Below are positions 10,355 to 19,925 of a DNA stretch of 64,000 nt, piece by piece; position 1 is the stretch's first letter; the number at the start of each line of letters is the position of its first letter. The DNA is from an uncultured Gammaproteobacteria bacterium (lineage in GTDB: Bacteria > Patescibacteriota > Microgenomatia > UBA8517), in the NCBI GenBank assembly GCA_964645605.1, contig CAZYCE010000001.1:63-64062 (forward strand), given 5' to 3'. The notes under the pieces were generated by a model. It made no database searches. It was not told the DNA's origin and saw nothing but the letters and a program-made list of their open reading frames with translations. Made by a program: the position numbers and the translations under genes.

Positions 10355-11401
10355 TTACTGAGGCAAAAACTCCTTGATGTTGCCGGGTGTTACATGAACC
10401 GACTGGGCCTTACCTTCAACAATCATTTTTGCGACTTTTCGGACAATATTGTCGATATTGCGCTCAAGCGTACGGATACCGGCATCGTACCCGAGAGGTC
10501 TCACAATATTTGCCCAAACGGCATCATCAACCGTCAAACTCCCTTGTGGAAGTCCCGCAGCTTTCATCGAGACGGGCAGGATATATTTCTGAGCAATTGT
10601 AATTTTTTCGGCGTCAGTATAACTCGGCATAGAAATTGGTTCGAGTCTATCCATGACGGCTGTTGCAATATTTGTAGTATTGTTAGCAGTTGCAATAAAA
10701 AGTGTCTCCGAAAGATCAAAAGGAAAGTCGATGTAGTGATCCATAAAACTGTAGTTTTGTTTAGGATCCAAAAGTTCAACCAAAACACCCATTATCGAGC
10801 TTCTTCCCTCGTCGGTAACTCTGTCTATTTCATCAAGAAGAATGACCGGATTTTTGCTTTGGGTATCGCGAAGTGCCTTAATTATTTTTCCGGGTTCCGC
10901 CTCAGGATGCATCCTGCTTTGTCCACGAAGATCAAGCGGATCTCCCATCCCCCCAAAAGGAATTCTGGCGATGGGGCGCCCTAATGCCTCCGCAATAGAA
11001 TACGCAATTGTTGTTTTTCCCGTACCCACCAGGCCCACAAAACAAAGGATGGGGGCTCTATAAATATCCGCACCTTCTCCTCTTTCCTGTTTGAGTTTCA
11101 TCACACTCATGTATTCCAACACACGTGTTTTTATTTCGGCCAATCCAAAATGGTGCCTCTCTAAAATTATTTTTGCATTTTCCAAATCCAGTGTGTCTGG
11201 GGTCCTATTATTCCAGGGAAGGGACGTAATCCAGCCAATATATCTTTCCATGCTGTCAAATTCCGGCAAAAATGAGGGTGAATTTGTAAGTTTTGAAAGC
11301 TGCCCCAAACGCACCAAAACAAGTTCACGAAGCTTATCGGGTAAGCTTGCGGATTTAACTTTTTCTATCAGAGCAGTAATCTCTTGGGCAGCTGAATCCA
11401 T
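10355..11401 (-). CDS. Lon-family AAA+ ATPase module only (no N-domain, no protease domain)
   Basis: YIGWITSLPW, HHFGLAEIKTRVLEY, Walker A GLVGTGKTT, NPVILLDEID, LLDPKQN.F.DHY, GIRTLER; ends at 348 aa. Confidence 0.9.
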   Translation of the reverse strand: MDSAAQEITALIEKVKSASLPDKLRELVLVRLGQLSKLTNSPSFLPEFDSMERYIGWITSLPWNNRTPDTLDLENAKIILERHHFGLAEIKTRVLEYMSVMKLKQERGEGADIYRAPILCFVGLVGTGKTTIAYSIAEALGRPIARIPFGGMGDPLDLRGQSRMHPEAEPGKIIKALRDTQSKNPVILLDEIDRVTDEGRSSIMGVLVELLDPKQNYSFMDHYIDFPFDLSETLFIATANNTTNIATAVMDRLEPISMPSYTDAEKITIAQKYILPVSMKAAGLPQGSLTVDDAVWANIVRPLGYDAGIRTLERNIDNIVRKVAKMIVEGKAQSVHVTPGNIKEFLPQ

Positions 11402-11408
11402 GTTTTTA

Positions 11409-11463
11409 AATTAACAATTTACAATTATCAATTTACAATGAATAGGCAATTAATTCAATTTAC
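11409..11463 (+). repeat. 7-nt-period tandem repeat (AATTWWC)
   Basis: AATTAAC AATTTAC AATTATC AATTTAC AATGAAT ... AATTTAC. Confidence 0.8.
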
Positions 11464-11490
11464 AAAAAGTATCTGGTGTAAAATTAGCAA

Positions 11491-12261
11491 ATGGAACCGA
11501 TGGGCGAGATTATGCAAACTTCCGAAATTGGTTTTAATATTCCAATTAGTGATTCGAGAAAAGAAAAAGATTCAGGGCAGCAATTGGCAATCAGCGAAAG
11601 GTTTAAAAAAGATAAAGTTGATCTGGCACTAAACAAAACTAAACAATTTTTAGGCAAATACTCCTCAGTTAAACTTCAAGAATTGTCTGTTAATCTAATT
11701 GATGGAAAAATTGGCGAAGGGCAATTAATTAGAAACAAAGATACTAATTCACCAATAATCGAGCTTCAATTGCCAACTGGTGAAAATGCCAATACAGAGA
11801 TTGATTTATCATTAGGAACCTTATTAAGTAATCTAGGTCGTGACGAGAAAAAAGAAAAATGTAAAGAAATTTCCGAGGCCTTAGTCGTTTCAACAATTCT
11901 CCATGAGGGGGTTCATGGTCTTTTAGTAAGTAGACCGGATTCTCAATTTGCTCAAGATTTAGAGGCTGTTATGGAATTTCCAAATGAAAATGGGAAAACT
12001 TCCACTCTTCTTGATGAAGGAATTGCGTATGCCATACAGGGAATTTATGCTCCAAATATCAAGCCACTTGGTAGTCTCGCGCCAGTTACCAAGGATACGG
12101 ATGAAAAGATTGTACAACAAAGAAAAATATTAGGTGAAAAACTGAGACCAATTGTTAAGGATTATATTGACTCTGGCATATCGATTGATGATAACTTTTT
12201 TGAAACGGCAAAAAATGCAATTATTGAGGTGACCACAAGCCCTGCCTTAGCTACTATTTGA
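11491..12261 (+). CDS. Hypothetical protein with a gluzincin-like HExxH...E motif
   Basis: ILHEGVHGLL followed about 30 aa later by LLDEGIAYA; AT-rich; opposite orientation to flanking genes. Confidence 0.6.
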   Translation: MEPMGEIMQTSEIGFNIPISDSRKEKDSGQQLAISERFKKDKVDLALNKTKQFLGKYSSVKLQELSVNLIDGKIGEGQLIRNKDTNSPIIELQLPTGENANTEIDLSLGTLLSNLGRDEKKEKCKEISEALVVSTILHEGVHGLLVSRPDSQFAQDLEAVMEFPNENGKTSTLLDEGIAYAIQGIYAPNIKPLGSLAPVTKDTDEKIVQQRKILGEKLRPIVKDYIDSGISIDDNFFETAKNAIIEVTTSPALATI

Positions 12262-12332
12262 ATAACTTATTTGTTGTCTCACCCAATTTTCCCTAAAAGT
12301 TTTAAGAACCTTTTTCATCGAATTAAATCAAG

Positions 12333-13304
12333 TCATTTCCAAATCTCTGTCGCAATTCGAATTCCGTCTTTCCCGGATTTAAACCAAAAATCATTTTCAG
12401 GCAACGTTGTTCCCTTGACCTTCTCTCTTGTGGCTCCGATTATGTGCATTGTATGGGCAAGTTTTAGATATGTAGGAAGTATTTCTATTTCCTCCTTTTC
12501 AAGTTCGGTAATTTTTTGATACTCTTTCAAAGCAAGATTGTAATTATATAAATATTTCTTTTCGTCTCTCACAAAAAATAAATCGCAAAGAAGTATGGCT
12601 AACTCTTGGATTCTCGGATAGACATTGCCAACAGCGAAATCAATTATATAGAGTTTTCCATCTTTTGCTTTTATTACATTTGTCGAGATTATATCTCCAT
12701 GCACAAAACAACGTGGAAGTTTATCAATTTCCAATTTAGGAAAGAGTTTTGCCAGAGGTTCTATATATACCAAATCTTTTTTATCCAAATAATTTTGGAC
12801 ATTTTTATATTCTTTTAGAAAGTTGGGGATTGCCCAGCTATCGTAAACAAATTTGGGTCGTAAATTTAATTTGTTTATTTTTGCTGCTTGTTGAGACAAA
12901 AAAATCATTTCATCATTATTTGGTTTTTCGCCGAGTTTATAAAAATCTGAGCCATCTATATAATCCATTACCACCAATCTAATCTTTTTATTTTCCAATA
13001 CAGTAGAATACAAGTCGCCTTTCGGTCCTTTATAAAGTTTTGGGTGTGAAATTTTATTATCCAGTGCAGCACGAATTGTTTTAGCGTATTGTTCCGCTTC
13101 CTCATCAGATCTAAACGAAGCCATTGCCTTGATCAAATATTTTCCTGTATTGGTTTCTAAAACCACATTGAAATCCTCATAACCCTGAAGAATCGGCTTG
13201 TAAGAGATTAATTTCCCCAATTGATAATCTGTGGTTACCAACTCGAACAATTTTCCAAGGTCACCCAGATATTCAATACGACTTTGAAAGGAAACTTCTT
13301 TCAT
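12333..13304 (-). CDS. APH / homoserine-kinase type II family phosphotransferase
   Basis: Brenner motif VHGDIISTNV and IIDF. Confidence 0.85.
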   Translation of the reverse strand: MKEVSFQSRIEYLGDLGKLFELVTTDYQLGKLISYKPILQGYEDFNVVLETNTGKYLIKAMASFRSDEEAEQYAKTIRAALDNKISHPKLYKGPKGDLYSTVLENKKIRLVVMDYIDGSDFYKLGEKPNNDEMIFLSQQAAKINKLNLRPKFVYDSWAIPNFLKEYKNVQNYLDKKDLVYIEPLAKLFPKLEIDKLPRCFVHGDIISTNVIKAKDGKLYIIDFAVGNVYPRIQELAILLCDLFFVRDEKKYLYNYNLALKEYQKITELEKEEIEILPTYLKLAHTMHIIGATREKVKGTTLPENDFWFKSGKDGIRIATEIWK

Positions 13305-13339
13305 AAGGAGATTATAACAAGAACTTAGTAAACTTATCT

Positions 13340-15655
13340 TTAGAAGTCTTTCTTTTCACTAACAAGTCTTGAGGTTGGAAAATGGGGACCACCGGACCTA
13401 TCGGAATTAGATGAAAAACCGCCACGGGAGGGACCCCTGTCTCTACCTCTTGAAAATCCGCCTCGGGATCCGCCCCTCGAGAAACTTCCACGGTTTCCTC
13501 CACCGAATCCGCCTCGGGATCCGCCTCTATCTCCGCCAAAACCTCCGCGGGGTCTTTCTTCTCTGGGCTTATCCTTGGACGGATCCATATTCATAGAAAG
13601 ATTGATTCTTCCCTGGTCATCAATTTCTTTAACCCTGACCTGAACTTTTTGTCCTATATGGACTACGTCTCCCGCATCCTTAACAAAACCTTCCTGGCCC
13701 ATATCAGCTACGTGCACCATTCCGTCTTTCCCGGGCAAAATATTTACGAATGCTCCAAAAGGCATGAGTCTTACAACTTCGCCTTCATAGATTTCCCCCG
13801 CTTTAACCTCTTTTGCAAAACCCTCTACCCAAGCGATTGCGGCCTGCATCTTTTCAGGATCAACTCCGGAAACGCTTACTCCGCCATCATCATTTACATC
13901 GATCTGGGTTCCGGTATCGGCCATCAATTTCTTGATATTTTTGCCCGAAGGCCCTATAAATTCGCCTATTCTATCAATCGGAATCTTTACAACTTTAATT
14001 TTTGGTGCATACTTAGAAACAACCTTTCTTGGTTCCGGAAGGGTTGCAAGAATTTTCTTCATGATCTCAGCTCTTGCCTCTCTTGCCTGAGCAAGACCTT
14101 TTTCCAAAACTTCAGAGGTGATATTTAGAGCTTTACAATCCATCTGAAGGGCAGTAATGCCTGCATCGGTTCCCGCAACTTTAAAATCCATATCTCCGTT
14201 AAAATCCTCGATTCCCATCAGGTCTGTCAGGACTGCGAACTTTTCGGGTGTTTCGATGATAAGTCCCATGGCAATTCCGGCAACCGGAGATTTGATTGGA
14301 ACTCCCGCATCCATCAAAGAAAGAGTAGATCCAACCACAGAGGCCATTGATGTGGAACCATTTGAACTCATAACCTCGGAGACAACCCTGATTGCGTAAG
14401 GAAACTCTTCCTGTGAAGGAATAACCGGCAAAAGCGCCCGCTCTGCTAAGGCTCCATGGCCAATCTCACGCCTGTTCGGAGATCCGATTCGTCCCGCCTC
14501 TCCTGTCGCATAAGGAGGCATCGAGTAATGATGCATGTAGTGTTTTTCTTCCTCGCCTTCGGCACTCTCCAAAAGCTGTCCCATTGATTCGGATCCAAGA
14601 GTAACGACCGACATGACCTGTGTTTGTCCTCTGGAAAATATCGCACTTCCGTGGGTTCTAGGTAAAACTCCCACTTCAGCGGTAAGTTTTCTAAGTTCGG
14701 TTAATTTCCTACCGTCAGGTCTTACACCTTTTTCTAAAATTTGTTCTCTTATATAGTTTTTCTTCATATGATCGACTATGCCTAAAACAAATTTCCTGTC
14801 TTCCTCTTTTTCAAACTGAGCCTTTATTGCCTCAATAAATTCTGAATATTCGTCTGATGGTCCCTCATGATTAGCCATGTTTTTAACCAAAACTGCCATT
14901 TTATCTCCGACCAATTTTTTAACTTGATTTTCTAGGTCACTTGAGGGTTTCTCTTCCCTATAAACTTCGCGTTTAACTCCTTTTTCGGTAGCCATTTCTT
15001 CTATCAACTTCAAAACGGCCTTGCTTTCCTTTTCGGCAAACCTGATTCCGCCGATTATTTGCTCCTCCGTAACTTCACTTGCCCCTGCCTCTACCATTAA
15101 AACCGCATCCTTTGTTGAAGAAACGGTCAAATCCATCGGAGAAGTTTCTAAATCTGTCGATGTAGGATTAACCAAATAACTATCGTCCTTCATTCCGACA
15201 GAAAGAGGGGCAACTGGGCCTTTCCAGGGAAGATCTGTTAAATGGATTGCCGCAGATGCCGCAATGGCACCTAGTATTTTAGGATCGTTTTCTCCGTCAA
15301 CAGAAAGAACCATAACAATGAGCTGAACTTCTTTTTTGTAAGTTTTGGGGAAAAGGGGACGGATTGAACGATCGATCAAGCGTCCTGCTAATATTTCCTC
15401 GTCGGTTGGGCGGCCCTCGCGCTTTACCCAACGACTGCCTTTAATGCGGCCTCCAGCGTAAAGTCTTTCCTGATAATCTACGGAGAGCGGAAAATAATCC
15501 ATCTCCATTTTAAGGGGGGCTACGGCAACAGTAGCGAGCACCACGGTATCACCCATTCTTGCCAAAACCTCTCCGGCAGCTTGTTCTGCCAGGGTTCCTG
15601 TGGTTAAGGTAAGTGTACGTCCACCCAACTGCATGGACTTCTCAATTTTATTCAT
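13340..15655 (-). CDS. pnp: Polyribonucleotide nucleotidyltransferase with an RGG-rich tail
   Basis: RLIDRSIRPLF, RREIGHG, SNGSTSMAS, DMDFKVAGT, KH and S1 domains. Confidence 0.98.
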   Translation of the reverse strand: MNKIEKSMQLGGRTLTLTTGTLAEQAAGEVLARMGDTVVLATVAVAPLKMEMDYFPLSVDYQERLYAGGRIKGSRWVKREGRPTDEEILAGRLIDRSIRPLFPKTYKKEVQLIVMVLSVDGENDPKILGAIAASAAIHLTDLPWKGPVAPLSVGMKDDSYLVNPTSTDLETSPMDLTVSSTKDAVLMVEAGASEVTEEQIIGGIRFAEKESKAVLKLIEEMATEKGVKREVYREEKPSSDLENQVKKLVGDKMAVLVKNMANHEGPSDEYSEFIEAIKAQFEKEEDRKFVLGIVDHMKKNYIREQILEKGVRPDGRKLTELRKLTAEVGVLPRTHGSAIFSRGQTQVMSVVTLGSESMGQLLESAEGEEEKHYMHHYSMPPYATGEAGRIGSPNRREIGHGALAERALLPVIPSQEEFPYAIRVVSEVMSSNGSTSMASVVGSTLSLMDAGVPIKSPVAGIAMGLIIETPEKFAVLTDLMGIEDFNGDMDFKVAGTDAGITALQMDCKALNITSEVLEKGLAQAREARAEIMKKILATLPEPRKVVSKYAPKIKVVKIPIDRIGEFIGPSGKNIKKLMADTGTQIDVNDDGGVSVSGVDPEKMQAAIAWVEGFAKEVKAGEIYEGEVVRLMPFGAFVNILPGKDGMVHVADMGQEGFVKDAGDVVHIGQKVQVRVKEIDDQGRINLSMNMDPSKDKPREERPRGGFGGDRGGSRGGFGGGNRGSFSRGGSRGGFSRGRDRGPSRGGFSSNSDRSGGPHFPTSRLVSEKKDF
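13455..13525. repeat. 20-bp direct repeat inside the PNPase RGG tail
   Basis: AATCCGCCTCGGGATCCGCC at 13455-13474 and 13506-13525, encoding GGSRGGF twice. Confidence 0.85.
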
Positions 15656-15747
15656 ATTATTCTTAATATTTATTATTTAAAACTTGCCTGCCCGCAAATT
15701 TATTTGTGTAAAATTACTGACAAAGTTTTATATTATTGTTCAATTTT

Positions 15748-16017
15748 CTATTTATCCAACTTTAACTCTGTGAGGAGTTTTTTGTAGCGTTCTTCATCGC
15801 GCCTGCGTAAATAGCTTAGGAGCCTTCTTCTTTTTGCTACCATCGAAAGAAGTCCGCGACGACTATGCACATCTTTTTTGTGTTCTTTTAAATGCAAAAC
15901 TAACTTATCAATCTGTACCGAAAGAAGCGCAATCTGCACTTCAGGAGAACCTGTATCACCCTCTTCTCGAGCAAATTTCTTTATTACGTCTACTTTTTCG
16001 TCTTTTGCTAATGCCAT
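15748..16017 (-). CDS. rpsO: 30S ribosomal protein S15
   Basis: [32 protein letters not shown]; start reassigned to ATG 16017 (89 aa). Confidence 0.98.
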   Translation of the reverse strand: MALAKDEKVDVIKKFAREEGDTGSPEVQIALLSVQIDKLVLHLKEHKKDVHSRRGLLSMVAKRRRLLSYLRRRDEERYKKLLTELKLDK

Positions 16018-16023
16018 ATTGTC

Positions 16024-16069
16024 ATGTGGTGCAAAGTGAGGATACTTCCAATCCAAACCTTGCAAACAT
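16024..16069 (-). ncRNA. Candidate structured rpsO 5' leader
   Basis: Minus strand AUGU-U-UGCAAGGU-UU-GGAU-[UGGAAGU]-AUCC-UC-ACUUUGCA-CC-ACAU forms a three-segment hairpin between the promoter and the start codon. Confidence 0.55.
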
Positions 16070-16076
16070 CTTGTGA

Positions 16077-16105
16077 ATAATACCACAGCCTCCGGAAAAA
16101 AGCAA
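16077..16105 (-). promoter_or_regulatory. Sigma70-type promoter of rpsO-pnp
   Basis: TTGCTT-N17-TATTAT with an extended TG. Confidence 0.65.
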
Positions 16106-16115
16106 AGCTCAAAAT

Positions 16116-17042
16116 TTAGTTTACGTTTGTCCCTTTATAGATTTTTGGCTGGAGCCAATCGGATGGAGGGTTTACCTCCGCAGCCTCCTGGCCGGCTTCT
16201 TCGTTTTGTGTTTCTGCCTGTGTTTCAATCCGAGAAATCGGTGTTACCGGCAGGGTCGGACTTGAGACGGCGGATCCTCCGAATGGCTTTGTTGGAATCG
16301 CCCCTGGCGGAAAATTTGCGGGACTCAACCTAACTCTTGGCATACGCTGCCCCCCGTTTCTCAAAAGGTAAGCAAATGTCTCAAATGTCTCGGGTTTAAT
16401 TTCGGAGCTTGCAAAGTGTTCACTACCCTCCTCAATGCCCATAGCCAAATTTGTAGCTACGTCGGAATCAATCGGCAGAGTATTTTCCTTGATGATATCC
16501 GCAGCCAGTTCGCTTGCCGTTGAGACGGGACGAGCAAAAGACATAATCTCATGTTTGGAATCAAGTGCACGTGTGCCGATATGGACTATTTTTGCGTCTG
16601 CCAAATCGGGAATATCAAGGATCGGGAAATGAGAATCATTTGCCCCACCAATTAAAATTACAAGATCTGCAGCAAATCCCGAATAGTCCATCGTAATTTG
16701 CTCTTTCTGTGGGGCGACAAAACCGCTTTTGGGGGTAACGGTAAGTTTAAATTCTCCGTTTTCAATATCATAACCTACTTTATCGATTTTTGTTGCATCG
16801 TAATTTATGAATCTTATTGTCAGATTTTTCTTGCCCAATTCCTGGGTGATTTTGTCAACTCCGATAATTCTACTAAAACCAACCATCATTGGGCTAGGAC
16901 AGTATATTAAGGAGTCTTTTCTCTCACGGATTGAAAGATAGAGGGCTAGTCCTGCGGCGACCTGGTCAAAATATGGTTTGGTCGGCAACACGACAAGGAC
17001 GGACGAAGAAGCATCTATTAGCGATAAAAGACTGTTTTCCAT
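16116..17042 (-). CDS. Degenerate DHH/NrnA-like protein
   Basis: DHH-like layout ([29 protein letters not shown]), but HIGTR stands where IDHH is expected; usual position after infB. Confidence 0.6.
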   Translation of the reverse strand: MENSLLSLIDASSSVLVVLPTKPYFDQVAAGLALYLSIRERKDSLIYCPSPMMVGFSRIIGVDKITQELGKKNLTIRFINYDATKIDKVGYDIENGEFKLTVTPKSGFVAPQKEQITMDYSGFAADLVILIGGANDSHFPILDIPDLADAKIVHIGTRALDSKHEIMSFARPVSTASELAADIIKENTLPIDSDVATNLAMGIEEGSEHFASSEIKPETFETFAYLLRNGGQRMPRVRLSPANFPPGAIPTKPFGGSAVSSPTLPVTPISRIETQAETQNEEAGQEAAEVNPPSDWLQPKIYKGTNVN

Positions 17043-17093
17043 TTATTTATTATTTTTGTAGATTGATGGAGCAGATACCAAATTAAACAAAAA

Positions 17094-18509
17094 TTATTTC
17101 GAAACCGATAGTAACATATCCCCAATCGCAAAATCAAGTTGGGGATCAATTATTACACCAAATTCTTCAGATTGACCTACGGAAGGAACCTCGGCTTTTT
17201 GTTTTCTTATTGATACTGCCTTACCTCTTCCGATCACTTTTTCTTCCCTTTGAAGGATCAAAATATCCCCTTTTGATATTCGCCCGGAAGTCACCCTACA
17301 ACCCGCAACTTTTTTGTTATCAAACGGAAATGAGGCTAAAATTTCGGCTTTCCCTAAAATTTCAACTCTACCCTTTTTCAAAATTTCTTCCAATCTCTGT
17401 AAAAGATCGTAAATAATTTGAAAGCGCTCAACTTTTATTTTTTCGGCCTCGGCAAGTCTCACTATTTCTGCCGGAATTTTACTTTCAAAAGCGAATACGT
17501 AAGCGTTCCCAGTTTTGGCATCAATTATGTCGCCACTGGTAACGTCACCAATCCCGCTTCCAACAACCACAACTTTTGGCGGAAGCGCGGCAATTATCGC
17601 CTCAAGAGACCCCGCGTTATCCGCTTTAATAATCACAGGTATCTCATCGTCCTGCAATCGTCTTGCATCCCAAATATTTTTTGCAGGCGGTGTAGGTTTT
17701 GAACTTATCGAAAGATTTCTTGTTACTCTCGCACCCACTGGAGGAACGTCCGAAAATCCCAGAATTCTAGCCGGAAACCCCGGCAATACTTCCTTAGTGT
17801 TTTTTCCTCTTTCATCAAAAAGGGCTTTTACCTTACCCTCCACTTTTTCGGCAAAAATGGTCTGTCCAATTTTTATGCTCCCGTTTCTAATTATAACCGT
17901 AGCGGTAGGACCTACTTTGTCCTTGCCGGACTCGATAATAACGGCTTCAAGATCCGCACCCGGATCCCCTTTAAGTTCGGCAACATCTGCCATAAGGGTA
18001 AGCATTTCCAAAAGCTCGCTTATTCCTACATTGGTTTTTGCCGAAACCGAAACGAAAGGAACATCTCCTCCACGGCCTTCAAAAAACACGCTTTCTTTCT
18101 CAAGCTGTCCTTTGAGTACCTCAGGATTTGTGCCGACAATATCAGCCTTCGTACCGGCAACGATAAAGGGTAATCCGGCCCGTTTTATAATTTCCAGGGC
18201 CTCTTTTGTTTGAGGTTGAATCCCGTCGTCCTGAGCAACTACCAAAACCGCGATATCGGCAACATTCGCACCCCTCCCTCTCATTTTAGCAAAGGCGGCA
18301 TGTCCCGGAGTATCAATAAACGTAATTTTTTTACCGTCTTTTGTTTCTATTGTGGAAGCACCAATACTTTGGGTAATTCCTCCGGCCTCTTCAGCTGTAA
18401 CGTTAGTTTTTCTTATGGCATCCAGTAAAGTTGTTTTTCCATGATCAACATGCCCCAAAACAACAACTATTGGGGGTCTGTCCATGTTTTGTAAATTAGT
18501 TTTTTCCAT
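17094..18509 (-). CDS. infB: Translation initiation factor IF-2 (short form, no N-terminal extension)
   Basis: RPPIVVVLGHVDHGKTTLLD, GGITQSIGA, DTPGHAAF. Confidence 0.97.
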   Translation of the reverse strand: MEKTNLQNMDRPPIVVVLGHVDHGKTTLLDAIRKTNVTAEEAGGITQSIGASTIETKDGKKITFIDTPGHAAFAKMRGRGANVADIAVLVVAQDDGIQPQTKEALEIIKRAGLPFIVAGTKADIVGTNPEVLKGQLEKESVFFEGRGGDVPFVSVSAKTNVGISELLEMLTLMADVAELKGDPGADLEAVIIESGKDKVGPTATVIIRNGSIKIGQTIFAEKVEGKVKALFDERGKNTKEVLPGFPARILGFSDVPPVGARVTRNLSISSKPTPPAKNIWDARRLQDDEIPVIIKADNAGSLEAIIAALPPKVVVVGSGIGDVTSGDIIDAKTGNAYVFAFESKIPAEIVRLAEAEKIKVERFQIIYDLLQRLEEILKKGRVEILGKAEILASFPFDNKKVAGCRVTSGRISKGDILILQREEKVIGRGKAVSIRKQKAEVPSVGQSEEFGVIIDPQLDFAIGDMLLSVSK

Positions 18510-18598
18510 ACAATTTCATACTCCACCCGATATAAGGACCTAGGGTTTAGGAGAGAAAAACTAAAGAAGATTTGATTAAAAAGGGTAGAAAGAATTTT

Positions 18599-19771
18599 TC
18601 ATTTCTCTTCAGGTTTAATGTCTTCTTCCGCTTTCTCGTCCTTGGCCTCAGCTTCGGATTCCTCGACTTTTTCGGATTGAATATTTCCTTCTTTAGTCTT
18701 AACCTCCTCAACTTTTTTTTCCTCTCCTTTAGACTCGTCCGCTTTTTCTTCAGAGGTTTGTCCATTTCCTTCAACTTCAATTCTATAACCGGTCAACTTA
18801 GCCGTAAGTCTCACGTTTTGACCATCTTTACCAATTGCCACAGAAAGCATATCCTCAGGAGCTAAAACTTTGGCAATCTTTTTTTCTTCATCGATGGTAA
18901 CAGACAAGTCCTCGGCCGGTGCAAGCGAGGATTTTATAAGCTCAGATAGATCCTCGCTCCAGGGAATAACATCAACCCTTTCTCCGCCGATCTCGTTGGT
19001 AACGGCCTGAACTCTCACCCCTTTTTGCCCGACACAGCTTCCTACCGGATCAACTCCTGTTTGTGCCGAGGATACGGCAACTTTTGTTCTAACACCTGGC
19101 TCCCTTGCAATTGCTTTTATTTCAACCGAACCGGAGCCAATTTCGGGCACCTCCCTTGCAAAAAGTTTGGCCACAAAATCAGAATTACCACGGGATAAAA
19201 AGATTTCTTTTCCATGCGGTGTTTCATTAATTTCCTTGATAAGAAAAGAGAGTCTCTGATTCAGATTTAGTCTTTCATTGGGAATCCGGTCTTCCGCCAT
19301 AAGAATTGCCTCAGTCCTCCCCAAATCTACCCTAACGTTGGGGCCATCAAATCTCAAAACAAGCCCAGATACCAATGATCCAACCTTTTCCTGGAACTCA
19401 TCCATGATTACGCCTTTTTCGGCCTCACGAATCTTTTGATGAATGACTTGTTTTGCCGTTTGCGCAGCGATTCTTCCAAAACCGGGGGGTGTCACATCTT
19501 TTTTCTCAGATTTTGCTTTTTTAATGTCTTCCTCGGAAGCTTCTTCGGTGGGAAGTGACCAGGCAAAAACTCTTGTTTCTCCGTTTACGGGATCAATTAC
19601 GGCTTCGTAGTCAAAAGAGTCTACTTCGACTCCTTGTTCCTTTGCATCTCTTTTATAGGCAGCAATAATGGCTTGTTTAATTGTGTCCAAAATCACATCA
19701 GGATCAAGACCGCGCTCAGCGGCTATTGCTTTTAGGGCTTGTGAAAATTCTGTCCTTGCTGTTGGTTGCAT
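18599..19771 (-). CDS. nusA: Transcription termination factor NusA
   Basis: FGRIAAQTAKQVI, EVPEI, AREPGVRTKVAV, AIGKDGQNVRL; acidic tail. Confidence 0.98.
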   Translation of the reverse strand: MQPTARTEFSQALKAIAAERGLDPDVILDTIKQAIIAAYKRDAKEQGVEVDSFDYEAVIDPVNGETRVFAWSLPTEEASEEDIKKAKSEKKDVTPPGFGRIAAQTAKQVIHQKIREAEKGVIMDEFQEKVGSLVSGLVLRFDGPNVRVDLGRTEAILMAEDRIPNERLNLNQRLSFLIKEINETPHGKEIFLSRGNSDFVAKLFAREVPEIGSGSVEIKAIAREPGVRTKVAVSSAQTGVDPVGSCVGQKGVRVQAVTNEIGGERVDVIPWSEDLSELIKSSLAPAEDLSVTIDEEKKIAKVLAPEDMLSVAIGKDGQNVRLTAKLTGYRIEVEGNGQTSEEKADESKGEEKKVEEVKTKEGNIQSEKVEESEAEAKDEKAEEDIKPEEK

Positions 19772-19788
19772 AAAATTATAGTTGTAAT

Positions 19789-19813
19789 AAAAAAGGTGGG
19801 CTTTCTTCCCACC
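19789..19813 (-). terminator. Terminator-like hairpin in the nusA 5' leader
   Basis: Minus strand GGTGGG-AAGAAAG-CCCACC-TTTTTT, ending 17 nt before the nusA ATG. Confidence 0.75.
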
Positions 19814-19839
19814 AGTTTAAAAACTCAAATTCAAGTGTA

Positions 19840-19868
19840 ATTCTAGCCTATGAAGCAACCGAAGTCAA
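19840..19868 (-). promoter_or_regulatory. Sigma70-type promoter of nusA-infB
   Basis: TTGACT-N17-TAGAAT. Confidence 0.75.
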
Positions 19869-19925
19869 ACAACTAAATAATATCAATATTCAAATAACAC
19901 TACTTATGAAATATTGAATATTTAT

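Noticed and set aside
11409-11463. CRISPR array or iterons
   Set aside because: Units are 7 nt, degenerate and have no spacers; no cas or rep genes.
16018-16086. N-terminal extension of S15 in the ORF track
   Set aside because: It covers the promoter and leader; S15 homology starts at ATG 16017.
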